A stretch of DNA of 64,000 nt, from positions 93,299 through 157,298 of the forward strand of contig DASPIU010000059.1 in the NCBI GenBank assembly GCA_035629025.1, written 5' to 3'. Of this stretch, positions 36,735-45,733 are shown piece after piece. Position 1 is the first letter of the stretch. Each line of letters starts with the position of its first letter. The notes under the pieces are model-generated. The model saw only the letters and a list, made by a program, of their open reading frames with translations. It was not told the origin of the DNA and did not search any database. Made by a program: the position numbers and the translations under genes. Source of the stretch: Stenotrophomonas sp. Lineage in GTDB: Bacteria; Pseudomonadota; Gammaproteobacteria; Xanthomonadales; Xanthomonadaceae.

Positions 36735-38921
36735 TCAGTGGTGGCCAGGTGCGTACGGGAACTTCAACGACTGGTAGTACGACAGCGGATGCGGCGGCGC
36801 TGCCTGCCCCGCCGGCAACGGCAGGCCATTGATGGACTGCCAGTAGGCGATGCTGGCATCGCGCCACCACTGCGCTTCCTGCTGCTGGATTGCCAGGAAA
36901 CTGTCCACCTGCTGGTAGCGCTGCGCGTCCACATAGGCGGACAGGCTTTCCCAGGTACGGCGCATCGCGGCGACTTCGTCCACGCCGTGGCCGTAATGCA
37001 GCACCAGTTCGTCCCACAAGGTATTGCCGGACTGCATGCGGTGATCCCAGGGCACGTGGTGGAACCACAGCAGATCACGCTCGGGTACCGTGGCCAGGTT
37101 GTCCAGCTGCCGCGCCAGCGGCGCCGCGTACTGGCCGACCGCGTTGCTGCCGCTGCTGCCACGCTCAAAGCCAATGCCGTTGCGGTCGGCGCGGTGGTAA
37201 TAGACCGGGTCCCAGTCGGGGCGCTCGCTGCCGGCATCCCACGGCGCGGGCCCGTAGTGATGGCCACGGCCCATCAGATGGTGCAGGCCGAGCGGCGTCA
37301 TGTAGTCCACCACCGCCGCGCGCGAGGCCATCATCATCGCCACCACCGGCTGCACGAACGCTGCGTCGTTGCTGAAGGTCATGCGCACCCATTCTTCGGC
37401 GATGGCGCGCGCGGACTGCCGCGGGTTCCAGGCCAGGCGGCCGAAGGCGTACCAGTTGGCCTGGTCGAAGATCGAGCCCGACCAGTTGCGGTCGGTGCCG
37501 ATGTTGGCCACGCCGGCCATGCCGCTGAGCGCGTGGCCGCGCCCTTCGATGATCTCGGCCACGGTATGCCCGCGCGTGGGGCGCCAGGTGTCCGCCTGCA
37601 GCGTTTCCTCGTACAGCGCGCCGAGGTAGACCAGGTGCGTGGCAAAGCCCAGGTACTCCTTGGTGATCTGGAACTCCATCATCAGCGGGGTCCTGGGCAT
37701 CGCCCCGAACAGCGGGTGGAACGGCTCGCGCGGCTGGAAGTCGATCGCGCCGTTCTTCACCTGCAGCAGCACGTTGTCGGCAAAGTGCCCGTCCAGCGGC
37801 ACGAATTCGCTGTAGGCCTGCTTGGCGCGATCGTCCGGCTGCTCGTGCGAGTAGACGAAGGCACGCCACATCACCACGCCGCCATGCGGCTTGAGCGCCG
37901 CGGCCAGCATGTTGGCGCCGTCGGCATGGCTGCGCTGGTAGTCCTGCGGACCGGGCTGGCCTTCGGAGTTGGCCTTGACCACAAAGCCGCCGAAATCCGG
38001 GATATGCCGGTAGATCTCGTCAGCCTTGTCCTGCCACCAGCGGCGGACCTGCGGGTCGAGTGGATCGGCGGTCTTCAGCCCGCCGATCTCGATCGGCGCG
38101 CTGAAACGCGCGCTCAGATACACCCGGATGCCCCACGGCCGCAGCACGCCGGCCAGCGCGGCGGCCTTTTGCAGATAGGGCGCGGTGAGGCTGAGCGCAC
38201 TGGCATTGACGTTGTTGAGCACCGCACCGTTGATGCCGATCGACGCATTGGCGCGGGCGTAATCGGTATAGCGCGGATCGAGATAGCCGGGGAGCTTGTG
38301 CCAGTCCCACAACGACTGGCCGGCATAGCCGCGCTCCACGCTGCGGTCCAGGTTGTCCCAATGGTCGAGCACGCGCAGCTGCAGACGCGGTTGTTCGCGC
38401 ACCTCGACAGCGGCCAGCGATTGGCCGGTCTGCAACAATCGCAGCAGATGGAAGACGCCATACAGCGCGCCGGCATCTTCCTGCGCCGCGATCACCAGCG
38501 CCGGCTGCCCGCCGAGTTGCACCTGACGGATGATGTAGCCCTCCTTGCCCAGTTCGCGCAGCGGCAGCCGCAGCGCAGCCACCACCGGGGAGGAAGCCGG
38601 CGTGCCGACCACCAGCGTGCCCGCGCCCTGCGGTGCGGCCGCCTCGCGCGGCGCCTGCCCGAGCAGTCCGCCCAGGCCGCGCAACAGTTCCGCGCGCGTG
38701 GACTGTTGCAGTGGTGTCGCCTGTGGCGCCACCAGCACCTGCAACCGCGTCTGGTACGCCTGTGCCTGCGCGGCCGGCAATGGCCGGTAGCGCAACCACA
38801 GGTCGTAACCGTCCTCGGCATGGGCCACCGGCAGCGTCAGAAAACCGACGCACAGCAGCACGGCGCAGCGCCACCAGTGCCGCAGCGTGGATGCTTCGTT
38901 GCGCTCAGGCATTGAGGGCAT
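36735..38921 (-). CDS. aguA: GH67 alpha-glucuronidase
   Basis: 728 aa. EDGYDLWLRY at the mature N-terminus, NNVNA, KANSEGQPGP, FQITKEYLG and WYAFGRLAW are all GH67 hallmarks. Confidence 0.92.
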   Translation of the reverse strand: MPSMPERNEASTLRHWWRCAVLLCVGFLTLPVAHAEDGYDLWLRYRPLPAAQAQAYQTRLQVLVAPQATPLQQSTRAELLRGLGGLLGQAPREAAAPQGAGTLVVGTPASSPVVAALRLPLRELGKEGYIIRQVQLGGQPALVIAAQEDAGALYGVFHLLRLLQTGQSLAAVEVREQPRLQLRVLDHWDNLDRSVERGYAGQSLWDWHKLPGYLDPRYTDYARANASIGINGAVLNNVNASALSLTAPYLQKAAALAGVLRPWGIRVYLSARFSAPIEIGGLKTADPLDPQVRRWWQDKADEIYRHIPDFGGFVVKANSEGQPGPQDYQRSHADGANMLAAALKPHGGVVMWRAFVYSHEQPDDRAKQAYSEFVPLDGHFADNVLLQVKNGAIDFQPREPFHPLFGAMPRTPLMMEFQITKEYLGFATHLVYLGALYEETLQADTWRPTRGHTVAEIIEGRGHALSGMAGVANIGTDRNWSGSIFDQANWYAFGRLAWNPRQSARAIAEEWVRMTFSNDAAFVQPVVAMMMASRAAVVDYMTPLGLHHLMGRGHHYGPAPWDAGSERPDWDPVYYHRADRNGIGFERGSSGSNAVGQYAAPLARQLDNLATVPERDLLWFHHVPWDHRMQSGNTLWDELVLHYGHGVDEVAAMRRTWESLSAYVDAQRYQQVDSFLAIQQQEAQWWRDASIAYWQSINGLPLPAGQAAPPHPLSYYQSLKFPYAPGHH

Positions 38922-39039
38922 ACAGGGTTTCCTCCAGATGCTTTGCTTGCGTGCGCCGGTCGCCGCGCGCCGCGGTTGCCGTTACCATGCAGGACGCCTG
39001 TGCGCGGTCCGCAGAGGCCGCGAACCCGCCGAACCAGCC

Positions 39040-40152
39040 ATGGCCAGCCCGGACCTCGCCCGGGCCGATGGAGCGACCACGCCGAAGGGGCGAAGCAGCT
39101 TGAGCAAGGACAACAAATCGATCCGCCGCAAGGGCCGCGCCACCACCATCGACGACGTGGCCACGCTGGCCAAGGTTTCGCCGATGACCGTCTCGCGCGT
39201 CATCAATGGCAAGAGCAATGTCCGCGACGACACCCGCGAGCGCGTGATGCGCGCGGTCGACAAGCTCGGCTACACGCCCAACCTCGCCGCCAGCGCCCTG
39301 GCCGCGGCCCAGAACACGCGCCTGGCGCTGGTGTATACCAATCCTTCCGGCGCCTACCTGCGCGAACTGCTGGTCGGCGTGCTGCATGTGGCCTCGCACA
39401 CCGCGATCCAGCTGGTGATCGACTACTGGGACGACCTGGACCCCGAGGCCGAGCGCAAGGCCGCGCGGCGCCTGGCCAAGGGGGTGTCCGGCGTGATCCT
39501 GCCGCCGCCGCTGTGCGACTCGGAAGTGGCCGTGCAGGAATTCGTGCGCGCCAAGGTCGCGGTGGTGGCGATCGCCTCGGATCGCTTCAGCGACCGCATT
39601 TCCTGCGTGCGCATCGACGAATTCCACGCCGCGCGCGAGATCACCGAACACCTGATCGCGCAGGGCCACCGTCGCATCGGCTACATCAAGGGCCGCGCCG
39701 ACATGGCCGCCAGCGAGCGCCGCTTTGAAGGTTTCCGCGCCGCCTTGCAGGCCGCCGGCTTGCCGCTGGACCGGCACCTGGTGCAGGAAGGCGACTACAC
39801 CTATCGCTCCGGCCTGCTCGCCGCCGAGAAGATGCTGGCGCGCAAGCAGCCGCCCACCGCGATCTTCGGCAGCAATGACGACATGGCCGCCGCAGTGGTT
39901 TCGGTGGCGCACCGGCGCGGCATGGATGTGCCGCGCGACCTGTCGGTGGTCGGCTTTGATGACAGCTCCTCGGCCACCACGGTCTGGCCCGAGCTGAGCA
40001 CCATCCGCCAGCCCATCGGCACCATGGCCGACGCCGCCGTGGACATCCTGCTGCGGCGCATCCGCAATGGCGAAGCCAATGTCGATCAGGTCTTCGCCCA
40101 CGAGCTGGTGAAGCGGCAATCGGTGGCACCGCCGCCCGCCACCCAGGACTGA
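39040..40152 (+). CDS. xylR: LacI-family transcriptional regulator (XylR-like)
   Basis: HTH TIDDVATLAKVSPMTVSRVINGK followed by a periplasmic-binding-protein-like sugar domain. Start is uncertain: ATG 39040, or TTG 39100 behind AAGGGG. Confidence 0.82.
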   Translation: MASPDLARADGATTPKGRSSLSKDNKSIRRKGRATTIDDVATLAKVSPMTVSRVINGKSNVRDDTRERVMRAVDKLGYTPNLAASALAAAQNTRLALVYTNPSGAYLRELLVGVLHVASHTAIQLVIDYWDDLDPEAERKAARRLAKGVSGVILPPPLCDSEVAVQEFVRAKVAVVAIASDRFSDRISCVRIDEFHAAREITEHLIAQGHRRIGYIKGRADMAASERRFEGFRAALQAAGLPLDRHLVQEGDYTYRSGLLAAEKMLARKQPPTAIFGSNDDMAAAVVSVAHRRGMDVPRDLSVVGFDDSSSATTVWPELSTIRQPIGTMADAAVDILLRRIRNGEANVDQVFAHELVKRQSVAPPPATQD

Positions 40153-40302
40153 GCGGCCGCGCATCAGCAAGCGATTGCGCGCGACAGCGGTCGCGCCATG
40201 GCTTGCGGCGCCCGGCATCGCCTGCGAATGCGGCTGCTGCATCTGCACCTTGACCACCCCGCCTCCTCCCATCCCCAGCGCAACGCCACGGCCGGCAGGT
40301 GA

Positions 40303-40316
40303 TGGTAGCGCTACCA
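40303..40316. promoter_or_regulatory. Perfect xyl-box TGGTAGCGCTACCA (18-bp palindrome 40301..40318) in a convergent gap
   Basis: GATGGTAGCGCTACCATC lies 150 bp after the xylR stop and 150 bp after the stop of the convergent phytase-like gene. Confidence 0.65.
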
Positions 40317-40328
40317 TCCGCTCGGCCG

Positions 40329-40351
40329 AAAAAGGCAGCGCGCACGCTGCC
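40329..40351 (-). terminator. Intrinsic terminator (usable from both strands)
   Basis: GGCAGCG-cgca-CGCTGCC. On the - strand it is followed by TTTTT (A5 at 40329..40333). On the + strand it is followed by TGTTCGTTGGTT. Confidence 0.6.
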
Positions 40352-40468
40352 TGTTCGTTGGTTCGCATTGCGCCGCGCTGGGCGCTCGCACTGCGGCCGG
40401 GGTCTACTGTAGACAACAATCCGCACAAAGCCATGCTGCAGCGCGCCATGCGTGGCGCTGCGGCGTGC

Positions 40469-41950
40469 TCAATGCGCCGGCAGGGTCAGGCGATACAGCA
40501 GCAGGCGGTTGTCGTTGTCGAAGCGCGAATCGCAGCGCTGCCCGCGCATCAGGCAATGGCGGGCAATGAAGTCATTGTCGTTGCCCACCAGCAGGAACCA
40601 GTCCCGCGGATGCTCCGGGTCCAGCGCCGGCACCAGATCCATCGATTCCCATTTTTCCGACAGCAGCGCCAGATGCGGATCGTCGCGCTCCAGACCCAGG
40701 CCAAAGCGGGCCAGTTGCGAAGGCACCAGCATGTCGATCAGCGGCGTCACCGCGGCGGCCTCGATGCCGTCGCGCAGTGAACTGCCTTGCGCGCTTGCCA
40801 GCACGCTGGCCGCTGTCTGTTCGTACTCGCTCCCCGCCAGGTTGGTGGCATGCGCGATATCCACGAGCAGCACCTGCTTGAACACCGGCCGGTCGCCATC
40901 GTCGGCGCCCAGGCCGTTGCTGTCGCGGGCCAGCAGCAGCAGGCGATGATCATCCAGGGCGCGCAATTCGCTCTGCGCGGCAGTGCGGTCAGCCGGGCCG
41001 CTGCCGCCCTCATGGCGGAACGCCGGCAGCTGCACCACGTAATGGCCGATCGGGGCCCTGGGCAACGGATCGCCGCTCACATCGTAGACCAGCACGCGCG
41101 CGTTGATCCGGCCACTGGCATCACCCGCGGCGGTGTCCTGCACCAGTGCGCTCTGCAACGCGACGAACAGGCGCCGCCCATCCGGCGACAGGGCCATGCC
41201 CTCCACACCCTGGTTGTTGCGCCGGCCCTGGCGTGGGGCCTTGAGCGAACCGAACGCAGGTTCGCCGTCACGTCGAGGCACGATCGCCGCTGGCGGCTCG
41301 ATCACGCCCTGCAAGTGGCCCTGCGCATCGAAGTAATAGACGTTGGCCGCGTACTCATCACCGATGTAGAAGTGGCCGTCGGCGGTGAACGCCAGCGCTT
41401 CGGCATCCAGGGAGATCTTGCCCGCGCCCACGCCGCTGCCGGCCGAAGGCAGCACGTGGCCGCGCTGGACCCGCGTGCTGCTGCCAGGATCGGCGCCAGT
41501 GAACGGGCGGTCCTCGAAATCGCGCAATTCCATGCCTCCCTGCGGCGACAGCTGCACCTGGCCGTCCGCGATCCGCAAGTGCATGCGCTGCAGCCGCGTC
41601 GGATAGTCGAAGAACACGCCCGCGTCGGGATCATTGCGGCCGCGGTCGGGCAAGGTCCACAACGTTCCCTCATAGCCGCCCTCGACACGCCGCCAGCTGC
41701 CACGGGCCACCGCCAGCGAGGAGAACGACCCCAGCGTATCGCCAAGAAAATCCAGCGTCGCCGCTGGCAGGGTCCCGGTCGCCACCAGGCCGTGATTCAC
41801 ATACTGCAAGCTGCCCTGCTCCACCACAGCCGCTGCTGCATCTGGCGCGGGTTCCGCCGCGGCGCCGGGCATCGCCCACGCCAACACGGCACAGGCAAGA
41901 CACTTGGCGACAAGGCAAAGCGGTTGGCGACGCCGGGGCAAGGCAGGCAT
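40469..41950 (-). CDS. Secreted phytase-like esterase family protein (beta-propeller)
   Basis: 493 aa with a signal peptide. LPDRGRND, ISLDAEALAF...GHFYIGDEY, NQGVEGMALSPDG and WESMDLVP...LLVGNDNDF fit the family named 'esterase-like activity of phytase'. Confidence 0.75.
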   Translation of the reverse strand: MPALPRRRQPLCLVAKCLACAVLAWAMPGAAAEPAPDAAAAVVEQGSLQYVNHGLVATGTLPAATLDFLGDTLGSFSSLAVARGSWRRVEGGYEGTLWTLPDRGRNDPDAGVFFDYPTRLQRMHLRIADGQVQLSPQGGMELRDFEDRPFTGADPGSSTRVQRGHVLPSAGSGVGAGKISLDAEALAFTADGHFYIGDEYAANVYYFDAQGHLQGVIEPPAAIVPRRDGEPAFGSLKAPRQGRRNNQGVEGMALSPDGRRLFVALQSALVQDTAAGDASGRINARVLVYDVSGDPLPRAPIGHYVVQLPAFRHEGGSGPADRTAAQSELRALDDHRLLLLARDSNGLGADDGDRPVFKQVLLVDIAHATNLAGSEYEQTAASVLASAQGSSLRDGIEAAAVTPLIDMLVPSQLARFGLGLERDDPHLALLSEKWESMDLVPALDPEHPRDWFLLVGNDNDFIARHCLMRGQRCDSRFDNDNRLLLYRLTLPAH

Positions 41951-41978
41951 GGGTCGTGCTGGTTCCCGTTGGCAATCA

Positions 41979-41997
41979 GGCCCGTTGCATGCGGGCC
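41979..41997 (-). terminator. Hairpin after the GH47 gene
   Basis: GGCCCG-ttgcatg-CGGGCC lies 73 nt downstream of the GH47 stop. The U-tract is weak. Confidence 0.3.
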
Positions 41998-42069
41998 GTC
42001 ATCAAAGTCGGCGATTGTCTGGCCGCGCCATGACACCTGGGTGACAAATCCGTGCTGACGCCGCGCGGT

Positions 42070-43488
42070 TTACTTCCAGGTGCGACGCAGCGGATGGGCT
42101 TCGGTATTGAACACCACCGCATCGAAATCCAGCGCCCTCGCCGGGGCGAACAGCAGGTAGTAGTACTTGAGGGTCTCGGCAAACAGGAAGCTCTGCATCG
42201 AGTCCTTCTTCTCGCCGGTGACCACGCTCTTGAGCGCGGCAAAGCCGTCGTCGGTGCGGCAGGCGCGCACGAAGTTCTCGAAGAACTCCTTGCCCATGCC
42301 ACGGTAGCGTGCATCGCCGGTGTAGTGATGCAGGTAATACGCCGACTCGATGATCTCTGGCCGCAACGCATAGCCCGGCGAGCGCACGGTCATCGTGGCG
42401 TAGTCCAGCGTTTCCGGCTCGATGCCATGCAACCGCCACATCTTCAGGCCGGACTCCTGCAAGCGCCGTGCACGCGGCACGTCGCCCCCCAGTGCCAGCA
42501 AGGCCGGCATGAACGCATCCAGCGCGCCATAGGTGGTCTCGGTGCGCCGGCCGCTGTCCATGTCGGCATAGCCGTACCACGGCTCGCCGTCGCGCACTTC
42601 ATCGGCCAGATAGCGGTTGACCGGGCCGATGCTCTGCTCCCACATGCGCTTGCAGTCGGCGTCGCCAAACAGCTTCCAGCATTTGTAGAGGTACTCGTAG
42701 TACGAATCGATGCCGCCGGCGATATGGCTGCTGCGGTCCACCCACTTGCCGGTCTCCACGTCGATCTCCGCCCCGACCAGGCCGATCGACGAACGTCGCT
42801 TGAACGTCTCGACCAGGGCGCGCTTGGCCTTGTCGTAATAGACCGGCTTGCCGGTCAGGCGCGCCAGCGTGCCGAACTCCAGCAGCAAGGTGCCGGTTTC
42901 CGCCGGATTGCTGACCCGCCCGCTCGGCTTGCCAGTGCGCAGGTTTACGTGGGTATAGGGCAGACCGGTGGGACTGTCGAACACAGGCAGCAGGCGCCGG
43001 CCCAGGTCATCGGCCAGCGTCAGCAGGCGCGCATCGCCGGTGAGCTGGTAGGCCGAAAGCAGGCCGCCCAGCAGGCGAATGGTGACCTCGAAGTTCTGCA
43101 CGTCGATGTCCTGGTCGAAGGACAGCTGCGTGGTGATGAGTTCACGCGCCTGTGCGGCCTCCTCGTCCAGTCCCATCAGGATCAGCGTATCCAGCGCATC
43201 GACCGGCGACATCAGTAGCGGCTGCGCATACCAGTCGTGCGCGCCGCCACTGAGCGGCATCAGGTCGTCATGGCCTTTTGCATGGCGCATATAGCCCTGC
43301 CAGGCGTGACGCGTGGCCTCGCGGACCTGTTCGGCCAGACGCGCCGATTCAGCCGCATCCACCGCGGGCACGGGCGCAAGCTGCGTGCTCGCGGCCTGCC
43401 CGGGGGCAGCCTCGGCGATCGCGGAAGGTGGCAGCGCGAGCAGCAGCGCCAGGACGAACGGCAAGGACAGCAGGGAACGTGCGGACAT
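42070..43488 (-). CDS. GH47 alpha-1,2-mannosidase, secreted
   Basis: Start ATG 43488 behind GGAGGG. Signal peptide present. AWQGYMRHAKGHDDL, FEVTIRLLGGLLSAY, NPAETGTLLLEF, GIDSYYEYL, LRPEIIESAYYL and ETLKYYYLLF are diagnostic GH47 motifs. Confidence 0.88.
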   Translation of the reverse strand: MSARSLLSLPFVLALLLALPPSAIAEAAPGQAASTQLAPVPAVDAAESARLAEQVREATRHAWQGYMRHAKGHDDLMPLSGGAHDWYAQPLLMSPVDALDTLILMGLDEEAAQARELITTQLSFDQDIDVQNFEVTIRLLGGLLSAYQLTGDARLLTLADDLGRRLLPVFDSPTGLPYTHVNLRTGKPSGRVSNPAETGTLLLEFGTLARLTGKPVYYDKAKRALVETFKRRSSIGLVGAEIDVETGKWVDRSSHIAGGIDSYYEYLYKCWKLFGDADCKRMWEQSIGPVNRYLADEVRDGEPWYGYADMDSGRRTETTYGALDAFMPALLALGGDVPRARRLQESGLKMWRLHGIEPETLDYATMTVRSPGYALRPEIIESAYYLHHYTGDARYRGMGKEFFENFVRACRTDDGFAALKSVVTGEKKDSMQSFLFAETLKYYYLLFAPARALDFDAVVFNTEAHPLRRTWK

Positions 43489-43546
43489 CAGGACCCTCCG
43501 GACATTGGGAACTGTGGGCAACGGCGACAGGGCGGCGACCGGCAAC

Positions 43547-44749
43547 TCAGGCGGCGGGCCTGACCACGTTGAGCACTTCGTGGCAGGCGCCCATCGTGTG
43601 GTAATCGGTCTTGCCCGCCGGGCTCTTCTCGTCGCTGTACTTGCGATTGTCCGCATCGAGGATGCGGTACCACGCGCCATATCGGTGGTCCACGAAGTAT
43701 TTCCAGCTATACGCCCAGAGCCGCTCGTACCAGTCCCAGTAGCGTGCCTGCCCGCTGCGTTGTGCCAGCAGCGCGGCGGCGGCCAGCGACTCGGCCTGCA
43801 CCCAGAAATACTTGTCGTCGTCGCACACCCTGCCCTGCGGATCAAAACCGTAATACAGCCCGCCGCGTTGTTCGTCCCAGCTGCGCGCCACCGCGGTGTC
43901 GAACAGGTGCTGCGCGGTGGGCAGCAGCCAGTCGGCCTGCACGTGGCGATCGAGGATCAGCAGCAACTTGGCCCATTCGGTCTGGTGGCCGGGCTGGAAG
44001 CCCCACGGCCGGAACAGGTGCTTGGGATTGTCGCGGTTGTAGTCCCAGTCCACGTTCCATTCGCGGTCGTAGTGCTCCCACACCAGGCCGCCGGCCTTGG
44101 CCGCCTGGCGCCGGGTCATGTGATCGGCCAGCAGCAGTGCGCGGTCGAGGTAGTGTTGCGTGCCACTGGCCTCGAACGCGGCCAGCATTGCCTCGCACAT
44201 GTGCATGTTGGCGTTCTGGCCGCGGTAAGCGCTGAAGCGCCATTGCGCGTCGGCCTCGTCGCGGTACAGGCCGGCGTCGGCGTCCCAGAAGTGCCGTTCC
44301 AGCAGCGCCCAGGTCTCGCCCATCCAGGCCCTGGCTTCTTCCACCCCCGCCTTCAGCGCGCTGCTGTAGGCCAGCAGCACGAAGGCCACGCCGTAGCAAT
44401 GCCGCGTATCGTCCTCGGCCTTGCCGTCGCGCAAGGTCCAGGCGTAGCCGCCGCTGGCCGCGTCCCGATGCACGTCGCGCAGGTAGCGCAGGCCGTGATG
44501 CACCGCTTCCAGGTATTGCGGCTCGCCGAATTCGCGGTAGGCCATCGCATAGTTGAAGACGAAGCGCGTGCTACTGACCAGGTGGCGATGTCCTGCGTCG
44601 TAGACGCTGCCGTCGTCGCGGAAGTAGTGGAAGAAGCCGCCGGCCGGGTCGATCGCGCGCGGATGGTAGAACGCCATGGTCTCGGCGATATGCGCGCGCA
44701 GGAACTCGGCGGAGCGGAAATCGGGGGAAGGGTCAGCTGGCAAGGGCAT
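43547..44749 (-). CDS. AGE-superfamily (N-acylglucosamine 2-epimerase fold) sugar isomerase/epimerase
   Basis: 400 aa (alpha/alpha)6-barrel type. GGFFHYF, RFVFNYAMAY, GQNANMHMCEA, PGHQTEW, KYFWVQAE and DYHTMGAC resemble the YihS / mannose isomerase / cellobiose 2-epimerase group. Confidence 0.85.
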   Translation of the reverse strand: MPLPADPSPDFRSAEFLRAHIAETMAFYHPRAIDPAGGFFHYFRDDGSVYDAGHRHLVSSTRFVFNYAMAYREFGEPQYLEAVHHGLRYLRDVHRDAASGGYAWTLRDGKAEDDTRHCYGVAFVLLAYSSALKAGVEEARAWMGETWALLERHFWDADAGLYRDEADAQWRFSAYRGQNANMHMCEAMLAAFEASGTQHYLDRALLLADHMTRRQAAKAGGLVWEHYDREWNVDWDYNRDNPKHLFRPWGFQPGHQTEWAKLLLILDRHVQADWLLPTAQHLFDTAVARSWDEQRGGLYYGFDPQGRVCDDDKYFWVQAESLAAAALLAQRSGQARYWDWYERLWAYSWKYFVDHRYGAWYRILDADNRKYSDEKSPAGKTDYHTMGACHEVLNVVRPAA

Positions 44750-45731
44750 GGGGATTCCGGATCAGGTGGCGGACTTCATCAGCATTGGGCATGGCCGCAA
44801 ACGCACCATGGCGGGTGACCGCCAACGCACCCACCGCGGCGCCGAAACCAATCGCATCCTCGATGGCGGCGCGATTGCCGAGGAACGCAGCAAAGCCGGC
44901 GCCGAGCGCGCCGAGCTCGCCCATGCGCACCAGCAGGCCGCCGACAAAGGCATCGCCGGCGGCGGTGGTGTCGCGCACGCTGGCGCTGAAGCTCGGCACG
45001 CGGCCTGCGTCTTCGGCCGTGAACCATTGCAGCTCGCCGGCGCCATCGGTCACCACCAGCAGTCGCGCACGGCCGGCGAACAGGCGGGTTCGCACCTGCT
45101 GCTCGCCCTCCGCGCCGAGGGGGCGCGCCAGGTGCTCGAGTTCCTCGCGCGACAGCTTGACCAGGTCGGCCAGCAACAGCGCCGACCACAGCACCGGCGT
45201 CGGGTCCACCTCCCTGGGCCACAACGCCGGGCGCAGGTTGAGATCCAGGCTCACCACCGCGCCCGCTGCCGCCGCGCGACGCATGCCGGCCAGCGTCGCT
45301 GCCGCGGCGGCTGGCTCGGTCATGCTGTTGGAGCAGACGTGGAAGGCGCCGGTGCCCTCGAAGCAGGCGGCGGCAAAATCGGACTCGCGGAACAGCAGAT
45401 CGGCGGCGGGTGGCCGGTAGAAACTGAAGCTGCGCTCGCCCCGTGCATCGAGCGCGACAAAGGCCAGCGCGGTCTTGGCCGCGTCGGTGCGCACGATGCA
45501 ATCGGTGGCCACACCGGCCTCGATGAAGCTGTGCAGCAGAAAATCGCCGAACATGTCCTTGCCGAGCATGCCGGCGAAATGGCTGCGCGCGCCGAGCCGG
45601 GCCGCGGCCACGGCGACATTGGCGGGCGCGCCCCCGGCAAACTGCAGGAAGGCGCGCGGCGCCTGCGCGTCAACTGGCGGCTGCGCCAGCATGTCGATCA
45701 GGGCCTCGCCGAAACATACGATCTTCGACAC
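44733..45731 (-). CDS. PfkB-family sugar kinase (fructokinase-like)
   Basis: The GTG start at 45731 lies 2 nt after the transporter stop. VCFGEALIDM, GGAPANVA and DTTAAGDAF (ATP/anion hole) are present. Confidence 0.82.
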   Translation of the reverse strand: MSKIVCFGEALIDMLAQPPVDAQAPRAFLQFAGGAPANVAVAAARLGARSHFAGMLGKDMFGDFLLHSFIEAGVATDCIVRTDAAKTALAFVALDARGERSFSFYRPPAADLLFRESDFAAACFEGTGAFHVCSNSMTEPAAAAATLAGMRRAAAAGAVVSLDLNLRPALWPREVDPTPVLWSALLLADLVKLSREELEHLARPLGAEGEQQVRTRLFAGRARLLVVTDGAGELQWFTAEDAGRVPSFSASVRDTTAAGDAFVGGLLVRMGELGALGAGFAAFLGNRAAIEDAIGFGAAVGALAVTRHGAFAAMPNADEVRHLIRNPHALAS

Positions 45732-45733
45732 GC

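Noticed and set aside
34764-38915. 1383-aa ORF on the + strand spanning 4.1 kb
   Set aside because: It is exactly antisense to three well-supported - strand genes (acetylesterase, GH67 and part of ManD). Its composition is Arg/Ala/Gly/His-rich with no motif. Long stop-free antisense frames are expected at this GC content.
38974-38988. Possible degenerate xyl-box CGGTTGC-C-GTTACCA in the aguA/xylR divergent gap
   Set aside because: It matches only about 11/14 and needs an extra central base, and it is not itself palindromic. That is too weak to call from sequence alone, although a XylR site is expected somewhere in this gap. An EMSA or a PWM scan would decide.
40197-40304. 34-codon + strand ORF (MACGARHRLRMRLLHLHLDHPASSHPQRNATAGR) ending at the orphan xyl-box
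   Set aside because: Its composition looks like random GC-rich translation, it has no RBS, and high GC3 is uninformative in this genome.
38905-40449. 514-aa - strand ORF covering xylR
   Set aside because: It is antisense to the LacI-type regulator, whose HTH and sugar-binding domain are clear. It has no motifs.
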